The translations under genes were made by a program, and so were the position numbers. From NCBI GenBank assembly GCA_000146465.1, contig CP001950.1: 64,000 nt of DNA; one strand, written 5' to 3'. Positions within the stretch are counted from its first letter, which is position 1; every line of letters starts with the position of its first letter. The notes below the pieces were generated by a model that saw only the letters and a program-made list of their open reading frames with translations, had not been told where the DNA came from and made no database searches. Below, one piece after another: positions 19,128 to 28,812 of this stretch.

Positions 19128-20258
19128 CTATTTTTTCATCTGCTCTCTCTTTTTGCTATTTTCCCGCATTGCATTGTAAAATGTGCAGAGTTTCTCGATT
19201 GTTAGGCTGTCCTTGAGGCTTTCCAATATACTGCAAACAACTCTTATGTTGTTGGGTGTGTCTTTATCTTCTCTGATCCTATACAATTTCCACCCACCCT
19301 TCCTCAGTACAAACTCATCAAGATCCCAGTAATATCCGTCGTTGTCGTACAGAAACTCTCCTATTTTTCCATCTACTTCCTCGTCTTCACAAAAAAAATG
19401 GCCAAACACAACATCCTTTCCTCTCTTTCCACTGCACACCAGATCGTATACATGGCCAAACTCCTTGGCCTTTGTAATCTTAAAATCTATTGTGTTCAGA
19501 AACGTAGGCTTCCACTTGAGAATTACACCTCTTTTCCCTACCGAGTAAGGCTCATCTGTAGGAGTGAATATTAAGCCGTCATTTCCATGCTTCAGGTCCG
19601 GGATCTTCTTGTACACCTCCCAGAAACCATAGCTCTTCATCATCTGTTTAACATAGAAATGTATACTGATACATCCAGGCTCCTGGCCCTCAGCCCCAAT
19701 TGGAATTCTCTTCGGCTCAAACCCATCCTCGTCCTCTTTTTTTAAGGCTTTGGTCTTTTCGACACTTCCCTTCATTCTATCCACAAACATTTGTGCGTAT
19801 CCAAGCCTTTTATACAAGTTCTTAAGTATCTGGGGAGCGTCTTCATATATCAAGCAATCAAATATGGCGTAAGTGGTGACTGTGCCATCTTCCAGAAAGA
19901 TCTCTCCATCTATCAAGACAGTCGAGGAAAAGGGAAAGTTCATGTCCAATTCGTAGAAGTCGTTTTTTCTATCGTAAAAGTATCCTTTGGATATGCCCAT
20001 CTTTTCTGTAACAAGCAGCAAAGCTCTGATTCCGTCGGACTTCTCGCACACAAGGAAGTCCTTGCTCAACAAAAGATCAATGTTGTCCAGTGTTAGAGAC
20101 ACTGGATGGCATCCTGGAAACCTTTCTCTTTTCTTGGCCCCTGCTATGCAAAGCTTCTGGTATATGCCTATTCTGAGGGCCTCTGCCTCCTCGGACGGAA
20201 CTTTGTTCCCTAGATGTAAGAGCTCCATGACCGATTCAGGACTCCGACAAAACTGCAT
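19128..20258 (-). CDS. CEG1: mRNA capping enzyme, guanylyltransferase subunit (Ceg1-like). The track ORF 'starts' at a GTG at 20276; the first ATG is at 20256-20258.
   Basis: KxDG motif I (LVCEKSDGIRALLL) at the expected distance from the N-terminus, with nucleotidyltransferase and OB-domain order. Confidence 0.75.
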   Translation of the reverse strand: MQFCRSPESVMELLHLGNKVPSEEAEALRIGIYQKLCIAGAKKRERFPGCHPVSLTLDNIDLLLSKDFLVCEKSDGIRALLLVTEKMGISKGYFYDRKNDFYELDMNFPFSSTVLIDGEIFLEDGTVTTYAIFDCLIYEDAPQILKNLYKRLGYAQMFVDRMKGSVEKTKALKKEDEDGFEPKRIPIGAEGQEPGCISIHFYVKQMMKSYGFWEVYKKIPDLKHGNDGLIFTPTDEPYSVGKRGVILKWKPTFLNTIDFKITKAKEFGHVYDLVCSGKRGKDVVFGHFFCEDEEVDGKIGEFLYDNDGYYWDLDEFVLRKGGWKLYRIREDKDTPNNIRVVCSILESLKDSLTIEKLCTFYNAMRENSKKREQMKK

Positions 20259-20285
20259 TTTCCATAGCCCATCCACAATGAAAAA

Positions 20286-20403
20286 GATTACAGCACCCGG
20301 GATTCCCGAGTGGTCTCCCGCCTCAGTACTATCCGGGCTCGCACAGGCTTAACTGCGGAGATCTGACGAGTTCCGGTGCTTTTCTGTGGATATGGCCGTA
20401 ATC
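20286..20403 (-). rRNA. 5S ribosomal RNA (118 nt), with a T5 terminator at 20281-20285
   Basis: The minus-strand sequence GATTACGGCCATATCCACAGAAAAGCACCGGAACTCGTCAGATCTCCGCAGTTAAGCC...GATAGTACTGAGGCGGGAGACCACTCGGGAATCCCGGGTGCTGTAATC matches eukaryotic 5S nearly block for block (UACGGCCAUACC...GUCUGAUCUCGGAAGCUAAGC...UAGUACU...GGGAGACCGCCUGGGAAUACCGGGUGCUGUAGGC). Helix I is a 9-bp closing stem (GAUUACGGC/GCUGUAAUC). A TTTTT run follows. Confidence 0.9.
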
Positions 20404-20493
20404 AGTCATAAATCCTTTCGACTATAAAAACAGTCCCAAAACTCCAAGCCAAAACAGAACCATCTTTTAATTAACTACACCTGCCCTCCAAAC

Positions 20494-22560
20494 TCATTCC
20501 TTCTCCCTAAGCCTTATATACTCCAGCACCTCAGACCCGCTCAAAATCCTCTTTTCGTTCAAAGTCTTTATCCTGGAAAACACTTCGAAATCTCTATCCC
20601 GGATCTTCTTCAAGACTCCTGTCTCCTCGCCATCGTTGTCCTCCTCGTGTGTTTTGACCTCGGCAAAACCTCTGGTCGCTGTAAAGCTAAACAGCTCGTT
20701 TATACATGACTTGTTGAAGAATCTACTTAGCCCAGGGTTACTCAAGACCTTCTTCCCAAGTAGATCTTTAAATATCTGCTTTTGATAAACCTTCTCTTCA
20801 ATTGTATCCTTGCAAATAAACCTATATATTTCCACACCTTTTCTCTGTCCATATCTCCATGCCCTCTCCTTGGCTTGTGTGTCTGTCGATGGATTCCAGT
20901 CCGGGTCATATATAACAATTCGAGACGCTCCAGTAAGATTTAGTCCAAGGCCTCCTACCTTGGTTGTCAAAAGAAACATGAATATGCTATCATCCTTGTT
21001 GAATCTATCCACAAGCGAAGACCGACTCGACGTCGATGTTCTACCATCCATTCTTAAGTATGCGTACTTTTCAACACACTTCTCTATTATATCTAGCATC
21101 CTTATTGTCTGCGAAAACACCAGTACTTTGTTCCCCTCACTCTTCCATTTCTTGAGAAGATCCATCAGAATCTTTATCTTACACGAGGAGCTCACAAGCC
21201 CATACTGGCTCTCTTCTTTCTTCAAAAGCCCCAAGGTCTCCTCGTTATTTTTTTCGCCAGATGCTTCTTCAGAAAGGTCTTCAGAACCGTCTTCCTTTCT
21301 GGGAATAAACAGTCTTGGATGATTGCATACCTTCCGAAGCATGGAAATCCCACTCAGAAGGTTCGCCTTTCCAATCAGAACCTTCATTATGTGTTTTGAC
21401 TCGAGAATCCTGTTGTAGAGTTCAATTTGGATTGGTGTCAACGTGCAGAATATTATTTTGTCTTCCTTGGAAGGAAGCTTATGCGAAATCTGCGACTTTG
21501 TTCTTCTTAGTATATACGGCTCTATCAATGACCGGAGCATCAAACTGTGTCTATAAGCCTTTTCAACCTGGAGATTGCTAGCACTCTTGTACCCTCCTCT
21601 ACGTATTATCTCCTCAAACTCCTCATGGAAAGAGGTGTGCGACCCCAGAAGCCCCGGATTGACAAAGTCAAACATAGACCATAGCTCCCCAAGGTTATTC
21701 TGGATGGGCGTTCCAGAAAGAACAAAGCGACTCCGAGACCTTACTTTCTTCACTGAAAGTGTGATCTGCGCATTTCTGTTCTTTATCTTGTGCCCCTCAT
21801 CTAGGACCAAAGTATCCCATAAAAGGTCCTTTGCCCTTGCCTTGAACTTCTCATACGACATCAAATACACTCCTCTGCAGTCCTCGGCTGGGAATCCAAA
21901 GAAAACTCTTACAAACGGATAAAATCTTTTCCATTCCGCCATCCATTGCGAGACTATTGTGGCTGGACACAGTATTAGTGCCTTTTCGATGGATTTGTTG
22001 TGGAATAGAACTGCTAAAAACACAATCATTTGGATCGTCTTCCCAAGCCCCATATCATCTGCAAGAACTCCACCTTTCTCTCTCTTATACAGCCCCAGCA
22101 TCCATGCCACCCCATCCCGCTGATATTCAAAAAGCGAGTTCCAAAGGAAATCTGGAATCTCAAATCCCTCGCATATACTACTTTCCTTTCTTAAATTCTC
22201 CTGGAACTCATTCTTCATAATTCCCATGTGATTGCAGTACTTCTCAATCGACTTCTCACACCTTTCGTTGAAGACTTCAATGTCCTTGTCATCTTCCATC
22301 CCAGACCATTCGAAGTCGATATTCCTCTTCTCTTCTACCTCCTCTTTTCTACTGTCCTTCTTGCACATAATCGATTTGTCTGCTGCAAGCCTGCTTTTAA
22401 CTTCCTCTATCTCTCTCTCCAAGTCCTTAACCTTCCCCATATCTCCTTTACCTTTGTGTGCCTCTATTTTCTTCTTTAGCTCATCGATCTTGGAAGATGC
22501 CGCCCTCTCCAAGTACTTTTCAACAAACGACTTCTCATAGTCTTCGGCTTTACAGTCCAT
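20494..22560 (-). CDS. SNF2-family DNA-dependent ATPase (ERCC6/Rad26-like or Rad54-like)
   Basis: Helicase motif I LADDMGLGKTIQ, motif II DEGHKIKN, and a C-terminal helicase domain. N-terminal coiled coil. Confidence 0.75.
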   Translation of the reverse strand: MDCKAEDYEKSFVEKYLERAASSKIDELKKKIEAHKGKGDMGKVKDLEREIEEVKSRLAADKSIMCKKDSRKEEVEEKRNIDFEWSGMEDDKDIEVFNERCEKSIEKYCNHMGIMKNEFQENLRKESSICEGFEIPDFLWNSLFEYQRDGVAWMLGLYKREKGGVLADDMGLGKTIQMIVFLAVLFHNKSIEKALILCPATIVSQWMAEWKRFYPFVRVFFGFPAEDCRGVYLMSYEKFKARAKDLLWDTLVLDEGHKIKNRNAQITLSVKKVRSRSRFVLSGTPIQNNLGELWSMFDFVNPGLLGSHTSFHEEFEEIIRRGGYKSASNLQVEKAYRHSLMLRSLIEPYILRRTKSQISHKLPSKEDKIIFCTLTPIQIELYNRILESKHIMKVLIGKANLLSGISMLRKVCNHPRLFIPRKEDGSEDLSEEASGEKNNEETLGLLKKEESQYGLVSSSCKIKILMDLLKKWKSEGNKVLVFSQTIRMLDIIEKCVEKYAYLRMDGRTSTSSRSSLVDRFNKDDSIFMFLLTTKVGGLGLNLTGASRIVIYDPDWNPSTDTQAKERAWRYGQRKGVEIYRFICKDTIEEKVYQKQIFKDLLGKKVLSNPGLSRFFNKSCINELFSFTATRGFAEVKTHEEDNDGEETGVLKKIRDRDFEVFSRIKTLNEKRILSGSEVLEYIRLREKE

Positions 22561-22614
22561 AATGAAAGGGAAAATTCAAAACAATATTTAATATCCGACT
22601 TCTTCTCACTTTCC

Positions 22615-23397
22615 TCATAGCTGTTCACAATGGTGAAATAGTGCTTTAATCTCTTCCTCCCATAGCATCTTACACTCGTTGAGCTTCTCCATAACCTCAT
22701 TGTCTATAGAAACCCCAACTGTATTACTCCGCAAGCGGATCTTATTAACAAGATACACAATGTCTTCTACGGCACTTTCCTTGTCACCTAACATCACAAT
22801 CCCAAGACACATTGTGAAGTATTTGATCTCAAGATCTTTGTACATCTGCAAGAGCCTTGGCCTGTACCGTCCTACTCCAACCATTTCGTTCAACCATCTA
22901 TCTAACTCCTTCGGGGCCTCTAGAGGTATTTTCCTCACATATTCGTCCACCTCTTCGTCAATTCTATTCTCAATGTATTCATGGATCTTCAGGCCATTTG
23001 TCTCGTCGTATTCTTGGAGTTTCTTAAGAAGCTCTATCCTTGATACAGTCGAGGGTTTTCTTGTCTTTGAGTAAACACTCTCAAGGTGGTCTATCATCAT
23101 TAACCTAGGTTTTTCTCGTTTCAAGCCTAGGATGCACATACATTTAATGATCTGGTTTATTCTCTCCTTACTGTTGAATGCTATGCTTCTCTTGAACTCG
23201 CTGGTTAGAAACCCCTCGAGGTCCTTACACTTGTCTGCATCCGTGGTCAGTATCTCCAAAAGCATTTCAATGTTCTGAGTTTTCTTTGCTTCCTCAACAA
23301 TTCTCCTCACCTCTCTTTCTCTTCTTTCATGCATCAAGCGGGTGTGCTCCTTCTTCAGCTCGTACCATTTGTTAAGCTTGTTTACCAGAGATTCCAT
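22615..23397 (-). CDS. Hypothetical helical protein; possibly PCI/MIF4G-like. The track ORF is 22615..23562; the probable start is ATG 23397.
   Basis: The N-terminal 55 codons of the track ORF are hydrophobic junk. The internal ATG (MESLVNKLNKW) was verified. All-helical. Confidence 0.35.
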   Translation of the reverse strand: MESLVNKLNKWYELKKEHTRLMHERREREVRRIVEEAKKTQNIEMLLEILTTDADKCKDLEGFLTSEFKRSIAFNSKERINQIIKCMCILGLKREKPRLMMIDHLESVYSKTRKPSTVSRIELLKKLQEYDETNGLKIHEYIENRIDEEVDEYVRKIPLEAPKELDRWLNEMVGVGRYRPRLLQMYKDLEIKYFTMCLGIVMLGDKESAVEDIVYLVNKIRLRSNTVGVSIDNEVMEKLNECKMLWEEEIKALFHHCEQL

Positions 23398-23740
23398 GGG
23401 CTTGCCTTCATGACTCCGAAAACAAGTATATAATCCATGTCTGCTTCCCATCACGATACAATGGCATCTGGACAGAGAGACAGAGAAGACACATTGTACG
23501 AGAGTACTTTCTACGAGAAAAAAAACAACGAGGAACAAAGGAAGAACAACGGAAATTCTCACTATTTTCTCACAAAGCTCCAGCTAAACTTTAAAAGTAT
23601 CTTTGAAGGAGGCAAGAGATTCCATTCTGTAGAAAATATGCATCAGAACGAAGAAACAAATTCCTAAATTCTGAAGATTCCTTTAATAAAGCCTTAACTT
23701 CCTGATGCGCTATGTAAACTCTTTATTTCAGACGCCCTAG

Positions 23741-26665
23741 ATGAAAGAGGAAATCGTTTTCTGCCAGACACACATAGATTTTTACATGAGTGACTCGGGA
23801 CTAAGCTATCCACATCCCGTGTTCGCCATATTTGGAAACATAGAGTCTGGAGAGCCGATTCAGGTGCTTGTCAAGAACTTTTTTCCTTACTTCTATATAG
23901 AAACTGTCAACGGCAAGGAATACAAGGAGGAAGATATAAAGGATTCCATTCAAAGGCTCGATATAAAAGCCACAGTGGTAGAAGTTGAAGCCACGATGAA
24001 ACAAACCATACTGGGATATACAGAAGGGAAATCAAGGTTCTACAAGCTGACTCTGAACACGCCCCATGTTTCTGGAGCTCTGCGGGCATTCCTTGAGAGT
24101 GGAATAACAATTAGAAGAGAGAAAGTTCGATTCCGAGTGTACGAGAGCAGCTTTCCCTTTGTGTTGAGGTTTATGTGTGACCTTGGGATTGTTGGAATGA
24201 GCTATCTAAAAGTAAGGAAGTATGAGGTTCTAGACGGTAAGTATCTAACGGTGAGCACGTCTTATGAATCCTTAGAGCCCCTTCCGCCTGTAGGCGTTTA
24301 TGCTATTCTTCCGCCCCTCAAGGTTCTAAGCCTGGATATAGAATGTGTAAGTATTGGAAACGCCTTTCCCTCTTCTAAGACGGATCCTATTATTCAAATA
24401 GGAAACACTCTAACGATGTTTGGAAGTGATAAATACTTGTCTCAAGACATATTCTGCCTAAAGGAAACCACTGGGATTCCCGGCGTCAATGTTCATTGGT
24501 ATGAGACAGAAAAGGAACTTCTGGAAAGCTGGAAAAAATACTTCATGGAACTTGATCCAGACATCATTATAGGATACAACGTGAAGGGCTTTGATCTTCC
24601 TTACATTCTCGGTCGAGGAGAAGTGCTTGGAATCGAGAACTTCTCTATTCTAGGAAGGTCCAAGAAGAAAGCAAGAACAAGAGACACAACAATGTCTAGC
24701 AACATGTTTGGATCTATAATGACCACGGAGGTGGAGATTGAAGGACGTCTGATAATAGACATGATGGTTGTGATACGAAGAGACTTCAAGCTAAGAAGTT
24801 ACTCATTGAACTCTGTCAGTATACACTTTCTGAAGGAGCAGAAGGAAGATGTTCCCTATTCATCCATTGGGGAACTCCAATCCAAGGATAAAGATACAAG
24901 AAGAAGAATAGCCTCTTATTGCCTAAGAGATACTGTACTGCCTCTTCGCTTGTTCTCAAAGCTGAATGTTCTAATCAATTATGCTGAGCTGTCTAGGGTG
25001 ACAGGAGTCCCCATAGAATACTTCTTTACAAGAGGAACAGCCATCAAGATATTTGCACTTATCTATAGAACAGCTTCCAAGGAGGGTTTTGTAGTTCCTG
25101 AAACAGATCCATTTGAATCTGGTAAGAAGTACGAGGGAGGATTTGTCATCGAGCCTAAGAAGGGGTTCTATGGAAAACCTATATCTGTAATGGATTTCAC
25201 CTCTCTGTATCCTTCGATAATGATCAGCCATAACCTTTGTTATACCACATTACTCACGAAGGATCAATACAGAATCCTTGGAGGGATCAGAACGCCAACA
25301 GACAACTATTTCTGCTCACCTGAGAGAAAGAAAGGCCTTCTTCCAAGGATTCTGGTTGATCTGCTAGACTCGAGGAAGAAGATAAAGGAGGAGTTGAAGA
25401 AGGAAAAGGATCCGGCAGTCAAGGCATGCCTTAATGGAAAGCAGCTGGCTGTGAAACTCTGTGCCAATTCTCTGTATGGGTTCACAGGAGCATCGAAGGG
25501 GAAGCTTCCTTGTTTTGAGATATCTCAGAGTGTAACGGGGTTTGGAAGGGAAATGATAATGCTTACGAAGAAGCTGATTGAGGAGAACTTTTCCAAGAAA
25601 AACGGATACACACATGATTCGGTTGTGATCTATGGAGACACAGATTCTGTTATGATCAATTTCGACGAGGAGGACATAAAAAAGGTTTTTGAGATGAGCA
25701 AGGAGATATCTGAGTTTGTGACAAGCAAGTTTATGAAGCCTGTGTCTCTGGAGTTTGAAAAGGTTTATTACCCATATCTGCTCATTAATAAGAAGAGATA
25801 CGCTGGCCTCCTGTACTCGAATCCAAACACAGCTAGCAAGATAGACACAAAAGGAATTGAAGCTGTAAGAAGGGACAATTGTGGGCTTGTTAAGGAAACT
25901 GTCGAGACGGTACTTGAGATGATTCTTCATGAGAAGAATGTTGAGAAGGCCAAGCAATTTGTTCGAGATGTTGTAAGAGACTTGTACCTGGGGAGGATAG
26001 ACTTGAGTCTTCTAGTGATTTCGAAATCCTTAACGAAGTCTGGGGAGAAGTATGGAAGTAGACAAGCTCATGTAGAGCTGGCGGAGAAGCTTAGGAAAAG
26101 AGACGAAACCACGGCACCTGTGCTTGGAGACCGGGTTCCATATGTGATAGTGAAGAAGGGCAAGGGAATAGCAGCATATGAAAAAAGTGAGGACCCTGTG
26201 TATGTATTGGAAAACAACCTTCCGATCGACACAGAATACTATATTGAGCAACAGCTTTCGAAGCCTATGGAGAGAATATTCGAGCCTGTTATGGATAATG
26301 TGGACGAGTTGTTTAAGGGCGACCACACAAGAGTCGTGCAAAGGGCATCTCTTAAAGGGCCGATGAACACCTTTTTGAAGCTAGCGGATGTCTGTGTTGG
26401 ATGTAGAGCAGAAGGAAAGATCATATGCAGCAATTGTAGAAAGGACTTTCATATCCATCTTCAGAAAATGCAACAGGAAGTGGAAAATAAAAAAGAAAGA
26501 TTGAATAGTTGCTGGGTGGAGTGCCAGAGGTGCCAGGGAAGCATCCATAACCAAGTATTGTGTGTTAATAGAGACTGCCCAATCTTTTACATGCGAACAA
26601 AGGTGAGAAAGGAGTTGATTCCCCTTAATGAAAAGCTCGGGAAATTAAGGTCTTTTGAGTGGTGA
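23741..26665 (+). CDS. POL3: DNA polymerase delta catalytic subunit (family B)
   Basis: Exo motifs. Pol motif A (DFTSLYPSIM), motif B (KLCANSLYG) and motif C (YGDTDS). C-terminal CysA/CysB zinc modules (CVGCRAEGKIICSNC...CQRCQG...CVNRDCPIFY). Confidence 0.9.
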   Translation: MKEEIVFCQTHIDFYMSDSGLSYPHPVFAIFGNIESGEPIQVLVKNFFPYFYIETVNGKEYKEEDIKDSIQRLDIKATVVEVEATMKQTILGYTEGKSRFYKLTLNTPHVSGALRAFLESGITIRREKVRFRVYESSFPFVLRFMCDLGIVGMSYLKVRKYEVLDGKYLTVSTSYESLEPLPPVGVYAILPPLKVLSLDIECVSIGNAFPSSKTDPIIQIGNTLTMFGSDKYLSQDIFCLKETTGIPGVNVHWYETEKELLESWKKYFMELDPDIIIGYNVKGFDLPYILGRGEVLGIENFSILGRSKKKARTRDTTMSSNMFGSIMTTEVEIEGRLIIDMMVVIRRDFKLRSYSLNSVSIHFLKEQKEDVPYSSIGELQSKDKDTRRRIASYCLRDTVLPLRLFSKLNVLINYAELSRVTGVPIEYFFTRGTAIKIFALIYRTASKEGFVVPETDPFESGKKYEGGFVIEPKKGFYGKPISVMDFTSLYPSIMISHNLCYTTLLTKDQYRILGGIRTPTDNYFCSPERKKGLLPRILVDLLDSRKKIKEELKKEKDPAVKACLNGKQLAVKLCANSLYGFTGASKGKLPCFEISQSVTGFGREMIMLTKKLIEENFSKKNGYTHDSVVIYGDTDSVMINFDEEDIKKVFEMSKEISEFVTSKFMKPVSLEFEKVYYPYLLINKKRYAGLLYSNPNTASKIDTKGIEAVRRDNCGLVKETVETVLEMILHEKNVEKAKQFVRDVVRDLYLGRIDLSLLVISKSLTKSGEKYGSRQAHVELAEKLRKRDETTAPVLGDRVPYVIVKKGKGIAAYEKSEDPVYVLENNLPIDTEYYIEQQLSKPMERIFEPVMDNVDELFKGDHTRVVQRASLKGPMNTFLKLADVCVGCRAEGKIICSNCRKDFHIHLQKMQQEVENKKERLNSCWVECQRCQGSIHNQVLCVNRDCPIFYMRTKVRKELIPLNEKLGKLRSFEW

Positions 26666-26796
26666 AGAGCGAAATAAAGTAAAGATGGATGTTGTGTGTT
26701 TTCTTTTTGGGCAAAGAACCGAAAACATATATTACTTAGCAAGTTCTGTGTATGAGAGAGAAGAAGCACAATGAACACGAGTATTTATTGAAACAA

Positions 26797-27108
26797 TCAG
26801 TAGCCAATATACTTGATACCCATTCTTTTTAGGGAGTGAAGAATATCTGAACATGTGATAGTCTTTCTCTTAGCATGTGTGGAGTAAATACATGCGATGG
26901 AAAGAGTATCTCTGATATATTCTCTTGCTGCATTATTTATTTCTTTAAAGCAACCTCCGCCGACTCTCCTCACACCAGCACGCCTGGCAATTCTCCTGAT
27001 TGCTGGCTTGGAGATGCTGTCTGTCAGCCCGGACTGTTTTCTGTGTCTCTTTGCAATTCCCTTTGCTGCCTTACTCTTTCCTTTTGCACTGATACTCTGT
27101 GTATTCAT
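26797..27108 (-). CDS. Histone H4 (divergent)
   Basis: GAKRHRK-like AKRHRK, KPAIRRIARRAGVRRV, and TEHAKRKT-like STHAKRKTIT. 103 aa. ATG verified at 27106-27108. Divergently paired with H3. Confidence 0.85.
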   Translation of the reverse strand: MNTQSISAKGKSKAAKGIAKRHRKQSGLTDSISKPAIRRIARRAGVRRVGGGCFKEINNAAREYIRDTLSIACIYSTHAKRKTITCSDILHSLKRMGIKYIGY

Positions 27109-27435
27109 TTAGGGGATTCTGTTTTGATGTTTTATAGTTTTATTTTTGGCGGGGACATTCCCTCCAATCTAATTATCTATTCTAAACATTCTAATTTGTA
27201 AGTTCTGGACCTTTTTTTTGGAAGGTACTTACTTTGGACAGCGAAAAAGATGCACAGTCCCTCCTAAAGAGATGAATCTGCCATATTTGTACTGAGAGGA
27301 GCTGTGATAATAATTAAATACGTCTTTTTGGACCAGCCTTGTTTCTATAGCCTGGATTTCTTGCAAGAAGGCATTTGGCGCGAAAATCTCCCGGCAAATA
27401 AAATTATAAATATACACTGGAGATGAAGGACAGAA
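27109..27435. promoter_or_regulatory. Bidirectional histone H4/H3 intergenic promoter region (327 bp)
   Basis: The H4 (minus) and H3 (plus) start codons face away from each other. The AT-rich spacer contains the imperfect palindrome GTAAGTTCTGGACC-T8-GGAAGGTACTTAC at 27199-27229. Confidence 0.5.
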
Positions 27436-27858
27436 ATGTCAAGAACAAAACAGACAGCTTCAAAAGCACTTGGAGGAAAGGCTCCCAGAAAGGGCATGTC
27501 GATGAAGTCGGTCCCGTCGTCTGGATCTTCATCTGCCGTGCCTAAGGGGACGAGGTTCAAGGCTGGAGCTCTTGCCCTGAAGGAGATAAGAAAATACCAG
27601 AAGAGTACAGATCTGCTTATAAGGAAGAGGCCGTTCCAGAGGATGGTCCGGGAGTTATGCAAGAGCGGAGAAGGCATAAGATTCCAGGCTTCTGCAATTG
27701 TTGCCTTCCAGGAGGCTGTTGAAAATTTCCTTACAAATCTTGTGGAAGATGCCTATAGATGTGTTCTACATGCCAAAAGAGTTACTCTGATGCCGAAGGA
27801 TATTTGTCTTGTGTATAAGATAAAGTATGCGAACATTTTGTATGCAGCCCTTGACTGA
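27436..27858 (+). CDS. Histone H3 (divergent; could be the sole H3 or a variant)
   Basis: MSRTKQTASKALGGKAPRK...LKEIRKYQKSTDLLIRKRPFQRMVREL...LHAKRVTLMPKDI. The core is conserved. The tail residues equivalent to R8 and K27 are altered, and the C-terminus is extended. Confidence 0.85.
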   Translation: MSRTKQTASKALGGKAPRKGMSMKSVPSSGSSSAVPKGTRFKAGALALKEIRKYQKSTDLLIRKRPFQRMVRELCKSGEGIRFQASAIVAFQEAVENFLTNLVEDAYRCVLHAKRVTLMPKDICLVYKIKYANILYAALD

Positions 27859-27938
27859 AATAAAGTATTTTTATTCTTCTTGATTATAGGAATCTTTATG
27901 AACGGGAACGGAATATTTGGAGCGCACTGCCCCCCTCC

Positions 27939-28595
27939 ATGGGGGATGTTGTTTACATAGTCCATAGACAGCTTGAAAGAATACCAACCATTCCAGAGCA
28001 TGCGAGAACAGTTGACCTCCGCCGGAACAACATATCGGTTATGGCTTTGAACAAGGCAGAGTCTGTCGAGTATCTTGATCTATCAGACAACAGAATAAAG
28101 GTGATTTCCGACCTTGAAAATGTTCCGAATCTAAAGGTGTTGGATCTAAGCTACAACCTAATCACAGAAATTTCCATTCCCCGCATGGGTCTCTCGGAGC
28201 TGTATCTGATTTCTAATGACATTTCGACGATCCATGGGCTAGATCTTCCCTGCATCAAGAAGCTAGACATGGCCGTAAACGACATCTGTCAGATTGAAAA
28301 CCTCGAGAATTGTGCAACTCTAGAAGAGCTCTACCTCGGAAGCAACAGAATAAGAACAGTAGAAGGACTGTCCGAGCTCAAAGATTTGAAGGTATTGGAT
28401 CTTCAAAACAATGAACTTGAAGTGGTAGATTGCTCGGCAGTACCTTGTAATGTTGAAGTTCTTCTTCTTGGAGAGAACAGAAACCTTCAAATGATTGAGA
28501 ATCTCGAGTCATTAAAGAATCTCCGGATTCTGGGGCTGGAGAAGACAAGAGTGCCTTCTGATCTATTTGAGGGGTGTTTTACTGTTTGGCGCTAA
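27939..28595 (+). CDS. SDS22-like leucine-rich-repeat protein (PP1 regulatory subunit)
   Basis: Tandem 22-residue LRRs of the SDS22 class (LDLSDNRIKVISDLENVPNLKVLDLSYNLITEI...). Confidence 0.6.
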   Translation: MGDVVYIVHRQLERIPTIPEHARTVDLRRNNISVMALNKAESVEYLDLSDNRIKVISDLENVPNLKVLDLSYNLITEISIPRMGLSELYLISNDISTIHGLDLPCIKKLDMAVNDICQIENLENCATLEELYLGSNRIRTVEGLSELKDLKVLDLQNNELEVVDCSAVPCNVEVLLLGENRNLQMIENLESLKNLRILGLEKTRVPSDLFEGCFTVWR

Positions 28596-28812
28596 CTCTT
28601 GCGAGCCCTCAATTGGTAGGACTTGATTCTTCAACACATAGGCCATTGGATAAGGATACTGACAAAACATTACCCATGGAGGAATGCTTTGAAAAAGAAA
28701 ACAAGAAAGGATGGATTAGCATCCAGGATTCAATGAAAAGATCTAACGACTTTTGGCTCAAGGATGACGATGCAACCTCCTATCTGAACAGGTTTGTTGT
28801 GTAGCCAAGGAA

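Noticed and set aside
20351-20375. CTGACGAG followed by a helix, resembling a hammerhead-ribozyme core. The region also superficially looked like a tRNA-like or snoRNA terminal stem.
   Set aside because: The whole element aligns block for block with 5S rRNA on the opposite strand. The 'CUGANGA' is part of 5S helix and loop sequence. No GAAA or stem III partner is present.
24352-24357. GTAAGT inside the DNA polymerase delta ORF
   Set aside because: In-frame coding sequence (…ECVSIGNAF…). No downstream branch/AG motif. Conserved protein alignment is continuous.
27436-27858. Considered calling the H3 gene a centromeric CenH3
   Set aside because: The histone-fold core is near-canonical and loop 1 is not extended. 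It pairs with H4 in a classic divergent arrangement. More likely the canonical, lineage-divergent H3.
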